Below, one piece after another: positions 38,947-50,690 of a stretch of DNA of 64,000 nucleotides. Location: NCBI GenBank assembly GCA_013239625.1, contig MU057352.1:30325277-30389276 (forward strand), in the 5' to 3' direction. Each line of letters begins with the position of its first letter. The first letter of the stretch is position 1. Made by a program: the position numbers and the translations under genes. This stretch comes from Lama guanicoe (taxonomy: Eukaryota). The notes beneath the pieces were generated by a model that made no database searches, was not told where the DNA came from, and was given only the letters and a program-made list of their open reading frames with translations.

Positions 38947-39594
38947 TGCCTGCCCAGGACGAGGTGGCCGTGGGCGCCCCTCCTGGGTTCTCACCAAGCC
39001 TGGCTGTGGGCTCCCAGCAGTCACGGAGATAGAACTTGGTGGAAACAGCACAGTTTAGAAAAGGCGACAAGACCAGCCCACGCCCTTTTCTGCTCCAGAC
39101 TGCGTTCCCCAGGAATCCACCCTCCTCCGCATCTCAGCTGCCCCAGGAGACAGACAGCCACCAACAGCCACCTCTGCTCAGGTGGCTATAGTGCTGAAGG
39201 TCACAGCCTGAACATCTGGAAGGGTGTGCTTGCAGGCCAGTGCCGCCCGGCCCCGCTCCCTGCCCCGGTGATGGACGGAGCCGGCCGGGCCAGGACTGCG
39301 GGCCAGGCTCCATCACTCGTCGTAATCCTGAAAATCACAGTCACAGAATAACAGCGTAAACAAGCACTGACGTTCCTCCTCCCAGCAGCCACACTGGTAA
39401 GGACGTTATCACCCTCTTCTGGGGAAGAGGGAACAGACTCGAGCTGAGCCACGAGTAGGGGTCAGAGCCCACGTCTGAGGTCGTCTGGTGCCAGTCTGTG
39501 GCCTTCATACTGAATGGGGCCGCCCTTGGTCCTCGGCTCGCTATCTGGCTGTACGGAAGTCGGGACTTATATTCATTTTCTCACGTACTCAACA

Positions 39595-39900
39595 GATTAT
39601 TTGCTTTATTGAGATATGACCTGATATGCAAAAAATGCACGCATTTAAAAATGTATACATCTTGGTGCGTCTGGACATACGGTCACACCTGTGATGTCAT
39701 CACAGCCGAGGTGCTCGCACTCACCACCGCCAAAGACGTCCTGTGTTCCTCGGCGGGTTTGACGAGAACAGAACACATACTTTAACCCTGTGGTTATTAA
39801 CGACAGGCCCTGTGTCACGCAGCAGACCTCTAGAACTGACCTTGCAAAACAAACGAATGTCGATGAAGAAGTGATTCCCCACTTCCCCTCCCCCACCATT
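39595..39900 (-). mobile_element. L1MA/L1MB 3' end fragment
   Basis: GCTTTATTGAGATATGAC...AAATGCACGCATTTAAA...GCAGCAGACCTCTAGAACT. Confidence 0.75.
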
Positions 39901-40220
39901 TTATTCTCAATATTCTCTTAAGATTTTTTTTATTTCTGTGACATTGGTTGTCTCCTCTTTTGTTTCTAATTTTATTTATGTGGCTCTTTTTTGATTTTTA
40001 TCATTTTTTAAAAACAGCTCATTTTCACTGACCGTTTCTGTTGTGCTCATCCTTCATTTCTGCTCTAATCTCACTTCCGTCCTTCTGCAAACTTAGGACT
40101 TTGTTCTTTCTCCATCCGCGGGGCTGTAACGCTGGGTTGTTGATTTGACGTCTTCCCTCTTTCTTAGTGTAGCCTTCGTGGCCACGACTCCCCCTGTAGC
40201 ACCGCTTTGTTAGCACTTAC
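39900..40220 (-). mobile_element. L1 ORF2 fragment
   Basis: Minus ORF YTKKEGRRQINN...EIRAEM resembles the L1 ORF2 stretch AYIKKEERSQINN...KIRAEI. Confidence 0.7.
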
Positions 40221-42249
40221 CGTGTGCATGTTCACTCTGAACAGGCAGACAGTGTAATCTGGCGTGGGGTCTGACCAGAGCTATGGTGAGCCCCACGCTA
40301 AGACCGCTCTGAGTACTCTACTCAGGAACCAAGAGTCCCGGGAGGAACTCCCACCAGCAGGTGATGAGGGCAGGGGAGGTGGCCAAAAACAGCAGGCTGT
40401 GAAAAGACAGACAAGCCAACAAAAGCCTGGAGCTGCTTTGCCAGCACGGAAAAGCAGCCTTCCGCTGGCTCCTCTCTCTCACTGGGGCCATCTGGGTCCA
40501 CACCATCCTCCTCTTTCCACATCCCAGCTCAGGCTGCAAGTCTCTCCTGGGGGGCAATCCCCGATCCTCCTAAGAAACCTTGTACCAATGGCTGGATACG
40601 CCCAGATCTGCAGATTCTGCTGAACACGGCAAAGGAGGCTAGTTTCCAAAATGAGGGGCAGAGGCCGAGTGACACGGGACTTAAGAAATAGTCGTGGAAT
40701 ACGTGATGAAGGATGCCGAAGAGGCAGCGTCCTTCCTGGATCTGGAAGAGCAGATCTGAGCCCCAGAACTGCTGTTCAGCTGTGAGAACCTCGAACCTGT
40801 TATTTGTAAAAAGAAAAAACCGCATGTAAGATTTCCAGCTTCTTATTTCAGTAATCATCGTCAATTGCATTTTACAGCCCCCTACTAGCTGAGACAGCTG
40901 GCTGTCTCCTAATCTCTGAAGTGTGACATCCTCATCCTTGAAATGGAGGTAACGCTAATGTTCCTGAAGCACTGACGGAAGGGCTAGATGTGAAGTGTTA
41001 GCGCACCTTGAACTCGCTTAGCACGGAGCAGGGATCCAACATGCATCGCTGAAACTAGCAAAATACACATGGATAACAGGAGACCAGAATCAGGAGTGCA
41101 GTTTCTGGGGCGTCAGACCCCACGCTGATGAATGTCCTCTCCTTGGCACACGGCCCCGCTGATGGGCTACTCTGTGAAGGAGGCCCCGTCCATGCCCGTG
41201 AGTCACCAGCTGCCTCTCCCAGCCCGCGAGGCTCCAGCCCCCACTCCCCAGGCCGAGGGGTGTGGGTGGGCCAAGCCTGCTCAGTGGGGACTGCGAGTGA
41301 TTGGGCTGGGGGTGGAGGGATTGTTCATCTGATAAAATGAGGGGTTTGGACAAGATGATGCATAAAGGCCCTTCCAGGTGGGGAGAGCCGAGCCTCAGCA
41401 GGGGCCCAGCCAGAGGAAGTGACTCACCCCGAATCATGCAGCTAAGACCAAGCAGAGCTTGAATTGAAACATTGTTTAAAGCGATGTCCAACTGCGGGAG
41501 AGTGTCGGAGAGCGTTTGACTGCCAGTCCTGCCAGGACTTGAATTGGAATATGTGCTTCGTGTGTGTGGTGGGGGTGTTTCAGAGGTGGCACCATGTTTG
41601 CGTTTCTGGGCTTCGGATGTGGCAGTAATACATGAGGTCCTCAGGGAGTTGTCCCCAAGAATGAAGAGCAAAGAGAAATAAGGACAGATGAGAGCAGAGA
41701 TGTCCTTCCATCCAAGGAGGAAGGATGGCTGTCCATCCTGACTGAAGTCATTATGTCATTACCATGCCCAGGAAAGAACTCCCAGGGCCAGAGAGGCTGG
41801 TCCACGTAGCGCGCAGAGGAAGCCAAGCCATAGAGGTGAATGGCGGAGCCAGCAGACGCTGCCCTGGGACCAGGTGCCCCGACCCCTGGACCAGCAGTGG
41901 CCTCGTGCCCAGAGGACCAGCCATCCAATCAGTATGCTTTGCTCCGAGTCACAAATCACTTCTGCAGGAGCCTCTGCATAGGAGAAAACTGGAGCATGAT
42001 TCTCTAAAAACAATAAAAATAGCTCCCGAATCTGTCTGAGCACTAATGCCATGTAAGGTGCTTTACATCTGCTGGCAGAAATCGTGTAAGGCGGTTCTCA
42101 TGAAGCCCCATTTTGAATAAACAACTCAAAGAAGGATGAACTACTTTTTAAAATTTAATATCTGAGACTCAGAAATCAGCAGAGTGTTGATTTAAACAAA
42201 GTCTGCCTGATTTTAAGTTTTTTCTAGGATACTCTGCTGTCTCAATTTT

Positions 42250-42830
42250 TTTCTATATCCTTATGTCATATGTTAATATGTAATGTGTAAACACACGTTT
42301 TAAAGTACAAGCATGTTCACTGTGGAGTAAGGAAAAAATTTTAAGAAGTATAAGGACCATCACTCTTTGATAAACGATGTTAAAAATTTCAGCTGTTTTC
42401 CTCTAGTCTCTCCCTCCCTCTACACACATTCAATGATACAAACTGTTCAATCTGTTTAGTAAAATGAATATACTATCTGCATTTTATCTATATTTACCTC
42501 TTTCACCAAATATAAACCTAAGCCATCGCATACCAGCCCACTGTTTGGTGTTACGACAATTTTACCAGTCCCCTCACTGCAAGACATTTTAATGGTTTCC
42601 AGTATTACTCAGAAATTACCATCTGAAACATTTGTGCCTGCAAATATTTGCACATATCTGATTATTTCCTAAATTCATAATTTTACTTCTGTGGGTTTGT
42701 TTCCAGGTCCGAGGCATTTTTACAGCTTTTTGATAGGTCCACCCACAGGGGGAGAACGGGACTGTCACGCTAATGTGAGTCTGCCGGTGTGAAGGGCTAT
42801 GTCTCACTGTAATGTAATACAGTGGATTTG
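42250..42830 (-). mobile_element. L1ME-like fragment
   Basis: TTTACCAGTCCCTCACTGCAAGACATTT..TGGTTTCCAGT...ATCTGATTATTTCCTAA. Confidence 0.6.
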
Positions 42831-43859
42831 GTTTAAGTACCTACTCGTGTGCGATTAGCTAATGTGAGTGCCCCTCTGGGCCAGAACACTCCCCCGTGGG
42901 CTGTTGAAACCGGCTCTGAGAATCTGCAAGTCCCTGAAGGCTGCAGAGTTAATCAAGGTGAACGCGGCCTTGTGAAGCCTCCCGCCTGCCAGCGGGGGGC
43001 CTGGTCTCCAGAGAAGACTCACGTTCACCAGGCAACCTTTTTAAGACTCGAACCGTTGTCCCAAAGGAGAGCAATTGCTGATGGATGTGAAAGGAGGGAT
43101 GGCATTCTCAGTGTGCCTCTGCCTTTTATAAACTCCACAGACACAAATCCAGGCAGTTCCTTCCCTTGCGGGAGGAGTTAAGTGAGTCCCAAGATCTCCA
43201 TGACTTAGGAACAGTGCGCGGAATAAATAAAAAGGAAGATGCACCGTTAAGCTCAGGGAGGGCTGACAGGCTCCCCAAGGCCTCGTCCGTTTCTCCCCTC
43301 CCCCCCAGCGCTGCCGTCGCCCCCCCGTCCCGAAGTGCGCCATCGCCAACTCCAAACCCTCACGTTAACCCCCGGCTTTCCCAAAGCCCTCCGGCCTCTC
43401 CTGGCTCGGTTCCGGTGGGGGAGTCCCCGGGGGCCTCTCTGCTGAAGGAGCTGGTTCCAGCCTGGTCAGACCCGTCAGCGGCCCGCGCCTGGGGGAAGCG
43501 CCTGGACTCTGCCTCGTCGTTCAAGGCCCTTCCACGTGGACAACGGGCCGCTTCTCCGGTCTGACTTCCCGCTCCTTACGAGCGCCATCGGGGAGTACCA
43601 GCTTCTCCAGCCTCGGAACCAGTCAGTTCCTGAGTCTGCTCTCCCCTCCTTAGTTTGTTTGGTTTTCACTCCGCTTACAACCTGCCTGTTGCAGCTTTTT
43701 CTCTGGAGCTGCCGAATGACCTGCCTGTGTCAGCTCCGTTTCCGACGTTCATCGGAAACGCCACCTCCCGTATGGAAATCATCCCTGAGAACGTCTGCCT
43801 CCAGCCGTGAAGGAGTGGCTGGAAGGAGAGCAGGAAGCACCCAGAGCAAATAGAAAAGC

Positions 43860-44030
43860 CAAAGAAGACGCTGCAAGATCTGCGTCGCACAGGGAACCAT
43901 TCCATACCTCGTGACGGCCTGTCGTGAGACAGAAGGTGGAGGGGAGCGTGTCTGTATAACTTACTCACGTGCTGTAGGCCAGAAACTAACACAGCATGGT
44001 TAGTCGACTCTTTCAATTAAAAAAAAAATA
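43860..44030 (+). mobile_element. Short L1 3' end (camelid-type), strongly GC-shifted
   Basis: GCACAGGGAAC...TGTATAACT...CCAGAAACTAACACAGCAT...TTCAATT followed by poly(A). Confidence 0.8.
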
Positions 44031-44767
44031 AGATTTAATACCAAAAAAAGATGCTGAAAGGTTTGTTTGGTGACAGCCACGGCAGCATTCAGAATCAAAG
44101 AGCAAGATCTTTGTGAGCAGAGAAATGGAGGGAAATAAGCCACCGCCTGGTCCTGCGTCTCCGCCGCGTCACTGAGCCACACTTCAGGGTCAGCTCACGA
44201 GAATGCCCACCGAGGAGCCGGCAGAGGGTCGCTACTCGACGGCAGAGAAGCCAGCACAGAGGGAACGAGGAATCTCAGGAGGCGGGGGAGACGAAAGGAA
44301 AGTGGAGTTTGGGGCTGTCAAGGCAGCCAGGACTTGGGGTCCAAGATCCCCCGAAGCTGTCAGCCGAGTTCTCTAAGAGCGCTGATGTTCTGAAAGCGAG
44401 GCGGGTGAGGGTCTGCAAAGTTCAGACAAAGCCACTGAAGAAACGGAGTAGCAGTAAGCATAATCTTGAGGTGCCGAGAAGACAAAACTTGGAGTGCACA
44501 GCCCGTGAAGGAGGAGGCGTCCCAGTGAAGAGCCACCAGGTCATCAGTTGAAACTCATGAGTCGGGCTGAATCTAAGGTTGAAAGGGCCTCACAGGCAGC
44601 ACAGAGAAAGCTCAGCCCCTAACTGGCCGTCGGTGCCTTGACGCCACTGGGTCTACCTGGTAGAGGTGACGTGCTCGGAGCTCTCAGACGCCCCGTGTGC
44701 CATGTCAGACTGTTACTTTGAAACATCGCCAGGTGTGTCAGAAAAGAGCATCAAGAGGGAAAAGAAA

Positions 44768-44901
44768 GGGGGAGGGTGTAGCTCAAGTGGTCGAGCACAC
44801 GCTTAGCGTGCACGAGGTCCTGGGTTCAGTCCGCAGCACGTCCTCTAGAAATAAACAAACCTAATCACCTCCCCCCATCGAGAAACTGTTTTTTTAAAAA
44901 A
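44768..44901 (+). mobile_element. Camelid tRNA-Ala-derived SINE (Vic-1-type) with TSD
   Basis: GGGGGAGGGTGTAGCTCAAGTGG...GAGGTCCTGGGTTCAGTCC...AAACCTAATCACCTCCCCCC. TSD AGGGAAAAGAAA at 44756-44767 and 44902-44913. Confidence 0.9.
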
Positions 44902-45064
44902 AGGGAAAAGAAAGACAAGGGGAATAGAACAGGTGGGACCAGCTCTTCAAAGGGGCTGTAATCATTATGGTTAAGAAAATACATGACAGCGTGGAGAATT
45001 TCACCCGACAGTTCAGCTGGACAAAAGGAATAAACCTGAAATTTGGCAAATACAAGAAGTCAGG

Positions 45065-45530
45065 CTTTGAAAACAGGAGGAAATCCTGCCGTTGGCGACA
45101 ACGTGGGTGAACCTGGAGCGTGTGATGCTGAACAAAAATAAGCCAGTCACAGAAGGACAGAGAGAGGCAGAGGTGACAGTGGTGGGGGCTGGGGGCTGGG
45201 GCCAGCGGGAGTGGAAAGTGCTCTTCAGTGGGTGTAAAGTGCCGCTTGTACCAGGTGAACAAGTCCTAGAGATCCGAGAGCATGCTGCCTGCAGCCAACA
45301 ACACAGCCCTGTGCACCTCCAGCTTAAGAGGGCAGATCTCTGTGTGCATCCAAGAAACCAGCCAAACCAGCCAAGGAAGAAGGGAAACGGGGAAACTTTG
45401 GGAGATGCTGGCATGTGTATGACCTAAAGCATCGTGACGGCATCCTGGATGTTTCCACTTGTTCAGACCTGAGTTGTACGTGTAAATATTTGCAGTTCTA
45501 AAAATACCAGTTAGGCTGTAAAAATGTAAA
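45065..45530 (+). mobile_element. L1MB-like 3' UTR fragment, GC-shifted
   Basis: GGAAATCCTGCCGTTGGCGACAACGTGGGTGAACCTGGAG...AAATAAGCCAGTCACAGAAGGACA...AAGTCCTAGAGATC...GAAACTTTGGGAGATGCTGG. Confidence 0.85.
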
Positions 45531-45681
45531 GACTGTAGAACAGACATGTTCAAAAGCATTCAGTAGGAAAAACAAATGACACAGTAAGAAGGCAGGTAAC
45601 GTCATTTCTCTCCAGGAAGCCACCGGGGGGGTAAGCGCAAGAAGCTGAACTTTCCAACAAATTTCGGGCAGCGCTGGGTGA

Positions 45682-45700
45682 AGGTCATGGGTCAGGGTCA
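45682..45700 (+). promoter_or_regulatory. Three consecutive RGGTCA nuclear-receptor half-sites (DR1 plus DR0)
   Basis: AGGTCA-T-GGGTCA-GGGTCA. Confidence 0.35.
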
Positions 45701-46589
45701 AAGCCATGCTGCTAGTGCAGAGTGTCTCCTGGTAACATCTGTTTGCATTAAGGAATTGGCCGTGTGAGCAAAACGACAATCTGGGCTTTTCCTAGCACTG
45801 CTTTCCTTTCTTAAGGTTTTTTAAACATTCATTTGAATTTTTCTTACTGTTTGGCAGAGTTTAAGGGTCATTATTTTCTATCAAGCAGGAATGGGAGAAA
45901 GAACTGTGCTCACAGTTCCGCATGAAATGAAAGAATTTAAAAAAAACAACCTTTAATAGAGGACACAGTGTGCGCTGGGAGAGTGGAGTAGCTGAAGCGT
46001 CGAAGGCTTTGGGGAAGTTGGCGGAGAGTTTGGATGCAAGCACTGTCTCCGCCTAGCGGGGTGGCGTGGCCTCCGTACGCAACGCTTCCGAGCTCGCTGG
46101 ACCATTCTGCTGTGGCGCTGAGGGTGCCCTCCCAGCGCTGTCATGAGGATTCACTGAAATGAGCCCATAAAGCACGCAGCGTCCTACAAGTCAAAACTGC
46201 TTTGCTCTTGTTACTGTTGTCCCCTCCTGTCACCATCAGTACTTCCCCTCACATCTGATGATGCTGCAGAATTCTCACACTAGTCCTGATCTCCCCACGG
46301 CCAGGGGTGGGCAGGCTGCCCTTGAAAGGCTGAAGTTCATTTGGCTTTGTCTCCTGCGTGCTTCCTCCCACAAAACCCCCTGCTGATGTCGTCTGTAGTT
46401 TTACAGGGGACTTGATGAGACCTTAGGGATGTGCTTTTACAGGGAGACTCACCCTATGAGTGGACAGTCTGGGGAGGCTGGTCCTTGGGGCTTGTCGGGG
46501 TGGCTGTCAGTCCCAGAGCTTGTGTCACGATCTGTGTAAGAAGTGGGGGTGCGCAGCAGCTGGGTCTTGCGTGGGGGTGAAGGGTTGGA

Positions 46590-46805
46590 GCACTGGGGTC
46601 AGGCATGAGTTATCGTCCATGCCCATCACTTCCTATCTGTGTTCACTTGGGCGAGTTCCCAGAACTTTTGTGGAGCCTCAGTTTCCTCATCTGTAAAATG
46701 GGAGTAATGGTATGGCACTCATAGGATTGTTCTGAAGTTTAAGTCAGATGACACACAAAAAAAAATCCCTTTATGTAATGCCTGAGAGTTAATAGCCAGT
46801 AAATC
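46590..46805 (+). mobile_element. MIR SINE
   Basis: GAGCCTCAGTTTCCTCATCTGTAAAATGGGAGTAAT...CTCATAGGATTGTT, a near-perfect MIR core. Confidence 0.9.
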
Positions 46806-48256
46806 ACAGCTGAAGAGATTCTTTTACTGTTATGTCATTGTCAGTTTCACGTCGCAAGGCAGTACTTGCGGAGGCTGAGTTCTGCTCAAGGCAGCGTTCC
46901 TTTGCTTTCTTGTGCCCCGGGTGTTTCCCAGTGCCCACTGTGGAGGTGAGGCAGGGCAGCAAGACAAAGTCCCTGCTCTCACGGAGTGTGCAGGGCGGAC
47001 TTGGGGGCGACCAGCGGCAAGCATGGGGACAAGCACGCGGGTAGTTCAAGCAGGGATGAGAGCCGTGTCCTGTCGCTCGGCACGAGTGGGGTTGGGGACG
47101 GGTCAGATGAGGGGAGTCAGGTGGTCGTGCCTAGGGAGGGGCCTGGGACAGAAGCCGGAACCGTTTCAGCTCAGGTCAGGTGGGGCTCCGGGAGGAGGGA
47201 TTGGAAGCTGCTGGTAAGTTGTGTCCTGGAGCCTGTAGGCACCCCAGTCTAATTATCCAGTTCTCTGAAAATGACGATAAGGCATCCTTTTCCCAGATTG
47301 TTCCCCTTTCAAATGGAACTTACTGCATCATGTGAAATAACTTTGGGACCTTCAGAGACTCCAAAACAAAACAGGGGCTGAGTTCAATTCCCTGCAGATC
47401 TGGGTGTGAACATACCCCAGGTCCCCGCCTGGGGGCAGTGGGCTCACACAGCAGGCCCCCCCACCGCCCCGTGAATGGGGAAGAAATCCACGCCTGTGCT
47501 CATTTCCCTCTCAGCATTTTCCTGGGGAGGGGAAGGAAAAATATTTTTAAAAAGAAAAGCTATATTTCTAGGATATCTTACCACAGGTTTTTTTTCTTAA
47601 AAAAAAAAAAGGCTGTACTACTTGGGTACCAAATGAAAAAGTAAACTTAAACATGAAAAACTTGGAACAACAAGCAATTAACTAGGTGGCAGCAAAGGGC
47701 AGAGAAAAGATGAATGGCCTGAAATAAACAAGGGCTGGGAGGAAAATGAAAAACGTTCCCGAGGGAAACCGAGGGAAACGGACTATGATGCGCGGCCCCG
47801 CGAGACGAAGGAGCCATTGTTTCCTGCAGAAACAGTGAGACAGCGTCTCACTTGAACTCCCAAGTCAGCCACATCACGTGGCTTCGAGAGAGACGATGGG
47901 TGATGTTTAACTGCTTTTTGACAGTGGCGTCTCCTCTGTGACCTACACCACCGTGTGCTTCTCTGCTCATCCTGGAAGGTCTGCGTGCAGATCTGTAATT
48001 TCCTGGTTCCCCTGCAGGAGACAGTGCTCCAAATGTCTAACAGCTCAAGGTGCACAGAAGCGTAACCACTCCTTTCTCTCCCCCTCTCTAGACAGTGAGC
48101 TCGGAAGGGGGTAGCAGGTCCAATGTATTCATTCACTCCTAAAAATGTTCATTTCTGTTTGATCGAGCCACTTTTGTTAAAAGAAAATTGAGAAGAGAAA
48201 GCAGGTGAAGACAGAAGTAAGGAATCCAATGGGTATTCATCTCCCAAGACCTCCTC

Positions 48257-48693
48257 CAGGTGCACCTCAGGTGTCTGGGTCCAGACCAATGCAGTAAAGA
48301 GAATCACATGAGTTTTCTAGTTTCTGGGTGCATATAAAAGTTATGTTTATACTATACTCCAAGTGTGCAGTAGCATTATGTCAAAAAAGCAATGTTTAAT
48401 TTTAAAACGTTTCATTGCTAAAAACTGCTAACCATCCTCTGAGCCTTCAGCGAGTCATCTTTTTGCAAACTAACATCAAAGGTCACTGACCACAGATGAC
48501 CACAACAAACAAAATAATAATGAATATTTGAAATATTGTGAGAATTCCCCAAACGGGACACAGAGGTACAAAGTGAGTAAGTGCTGTTGAAAGAAAATCT
48601 GGCAAGCAGACGCAGGGTTACCACAAACTTCCAATCTGTAAAAGCAAACAAGCAACTTTATCCTGCTAAGTGCAGTAAAATGAGGTGTGCCTG
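48257..48693 (-). mobile_element. Tigger1-derived internally deleted DNA transposon (Tigger1a-like)
   Basis: Terminal inverted repeats CAGGTGCACCTC and GAGGTGTGCCTG, the latter followed by TA. Internal GTGCATATAAAAGTTATGTTTA and GAGCCTTCAGCGAGTC. Confidence 0.9.
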
Positions 48694-48829
48694 TACTGGC
48701 TCAGATTTCAATAGTTAACGAGACAAATGACTCTGATATCTAGAGAGAAGAACAAATCTGTAAATCCATCACTTCTGGAAAATGGGTAAGTGATTAGCTG
48801 AGGACGTCCATGATGCTATAGGAGCATGT

Positions 48830-49430
48830 GGGTTATTATCTTCACCCAGCTGAGAAGTCCAGGAGGGCTTCCTGGAGGAGTGAAGACCTGATCTGAATCT
48901 GGAAGGATAGGTCAAAGCTGATCAGGCAAAGGGGGATGCGATGCAGCCGTGCGAGTGTGTGTAAAGGCCCAAGGGCCTGCGTGAGTCAGGTTCTTTCTGG
49001 AAACAGCAACTGTTTTAGGATGGCAGGAACTCGGGGCAGATGTGGGGGGCCGTCAGCGCTGCCTGGGAAGGACGTGGAGGATATGGAGCCTGAGGCCAGA
49101 TCAGTCTGGAGCTTTGGCCACGTAGGGGTGTTTGATTCCCTCCTTCTAAGGGTGACGGGGGAGCCTGAGGAGGGGCAGGAGGCATATTCAGAGCCACATT
49201 GTAAGATGTTCTGCCAGCCGAGTGTGCAGTGAACAAGGCAAGACTGGCAGCTGAGAGACCATTAGGAGACCATCAGAGGACCTGCGATGAAATAATGGTG
49301 ACCTCATCGTAGACAGCGGCCGGGGCAGTGGAAACATGTAGCTGGCTTGGAGCGGTACTAGGGTAGAATGAATCAGAACTGGGGATCCATGGAGGTGGGG
49401 TCAAGGGTAAGAAGATTCCAGGATGCGTGA
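48830..49430 (-). mobile_element. L2 fragment
   Basis: AGGGCTTCCTGGAGGAG...GTGTAAAGGCCC...GGCCAGATCA...GAGACCATTAGGAG. Confidence 0.75.
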
Positions 49431-49589
49431 GGTTAAACTGAACACTCGCACCATACCTACATTTGTACTTCAGCTTGAAATAATTAGCATTCCGTGCAAG
49501 TTGTATGAGATGTTTAGTGACTAAAAGTCCTAGAACTATAAATAATTCAAGTGGAATCTTCTAATCTGACCCCCTATTTGTGCCAGTAG

Positions 49590-50690
49590 CAGGCCAGCTA
49601 CGTCATTATCAGGGCCCAGTACGAAAACCATGGGGCTCCTTGTTTAAAAAAAGACTGGAAAAAGTGCCTGTAAACATACTAAAATTAAGCTTTTTTCCCT
49701 TTGAGATTCCTCCTGCCGTGTTATGGTGTTTTTTACTTGCTTTTGAATGTCATTCTAGGTAAAGAAAAAACTAAAATTGAAAGTTATTAGCATGAATTTT
49801 ACTCCTTTTTGGTAATGCGCAATGCTAGTTTTAAATGCAAGTATCAGAGCATTTAACTCAGATGCAGAATCAACAAAAGTTTCACAGTTTGTGCTGCACG
49901 ATTCTCCTCCATGCACGTGTGACTCTTCTCACGTAATGACTCTTCTCGTGTAATGAAAACCCTGCATGAAACACACGTTTTCATTTTCACTCCTTGCTGT
50001 GCACACATTTAAAGCACTTTAGTTTTGATTCACTGATGGGTTAGGAAGGATTATGGTGGGTTAGGAAGGGATGGAAGGAAAGGCAGCTATAGATTGCCTT
50101 GTCTTTCCCTTTCCGTCCACGTCCGCGTTCTCGGTGCCAGTGGTTGACTGATAGAGGAAAGTAACTCGAATAAGAGGACCTGCTGGGTTTGCTGGTTCTC
50201 CCCGTGTCCTAGAGCGCCACTGCCTTCTTGGCTGTTCCGAGCAAGTCCTGGTCCCAGTGCAAAGCACGGCTTCTCAGGGCTGCCAGTGCCCGGCGACTCA
50301 GCTGGAGGTGGAACATGCTCTCCCTGTGCTGCCTTTGAGTCTCACTGAGGTCTCTGTGGGGGGCCCACCGGAATTCTGTGCTCATGGGGCATCGCCGTCG
50401 TGCTGTGCCTCTGGGGTGGCACGGACAGTGGACACACATGTTGCACCAACCTCCTCTACTGACGCACACGTTCCCTCGTCCCATCGGACTTCAGTTACGA
50501 AACACAGGCTGGCAAGGGGAGGAGGAGCCCAGAGAGCAAAGAGAAGACAATAAACAAAATCAAGTACCACTCCTTTCGGCCTCAGCCGGCGTCGCAGCGC
50601 TGCCCGGCACACGGTTATTCTAGCGGAGTAGGACCTTTACGCTGGACCAAGGAGCGTGCTGAGCGTGGCGTGGAGGGCCTTGGTCAGTTA
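49590..50690 (-). mobile_element. MER45-type (hAT-Tip100) DNA transposon relic
   Basis: Starts CAGGCCAGCTACGTCATTATCAGGGCCCAGTACGAAA...GGGGCTCCTTGTT, the reverse of the MER45 terminus. The right boundary is uncertain. Confidence 0.65.

Noticed and set aside
44768-44845. tRNA-Ala-like sequence (also at about 62830-62905)
   Set aside because: It has a SINE-specific tail, a TSD at the first copy, a degenerate B box and a disrupted acceptor stem. It is a SINE head, not a tRNA gene.
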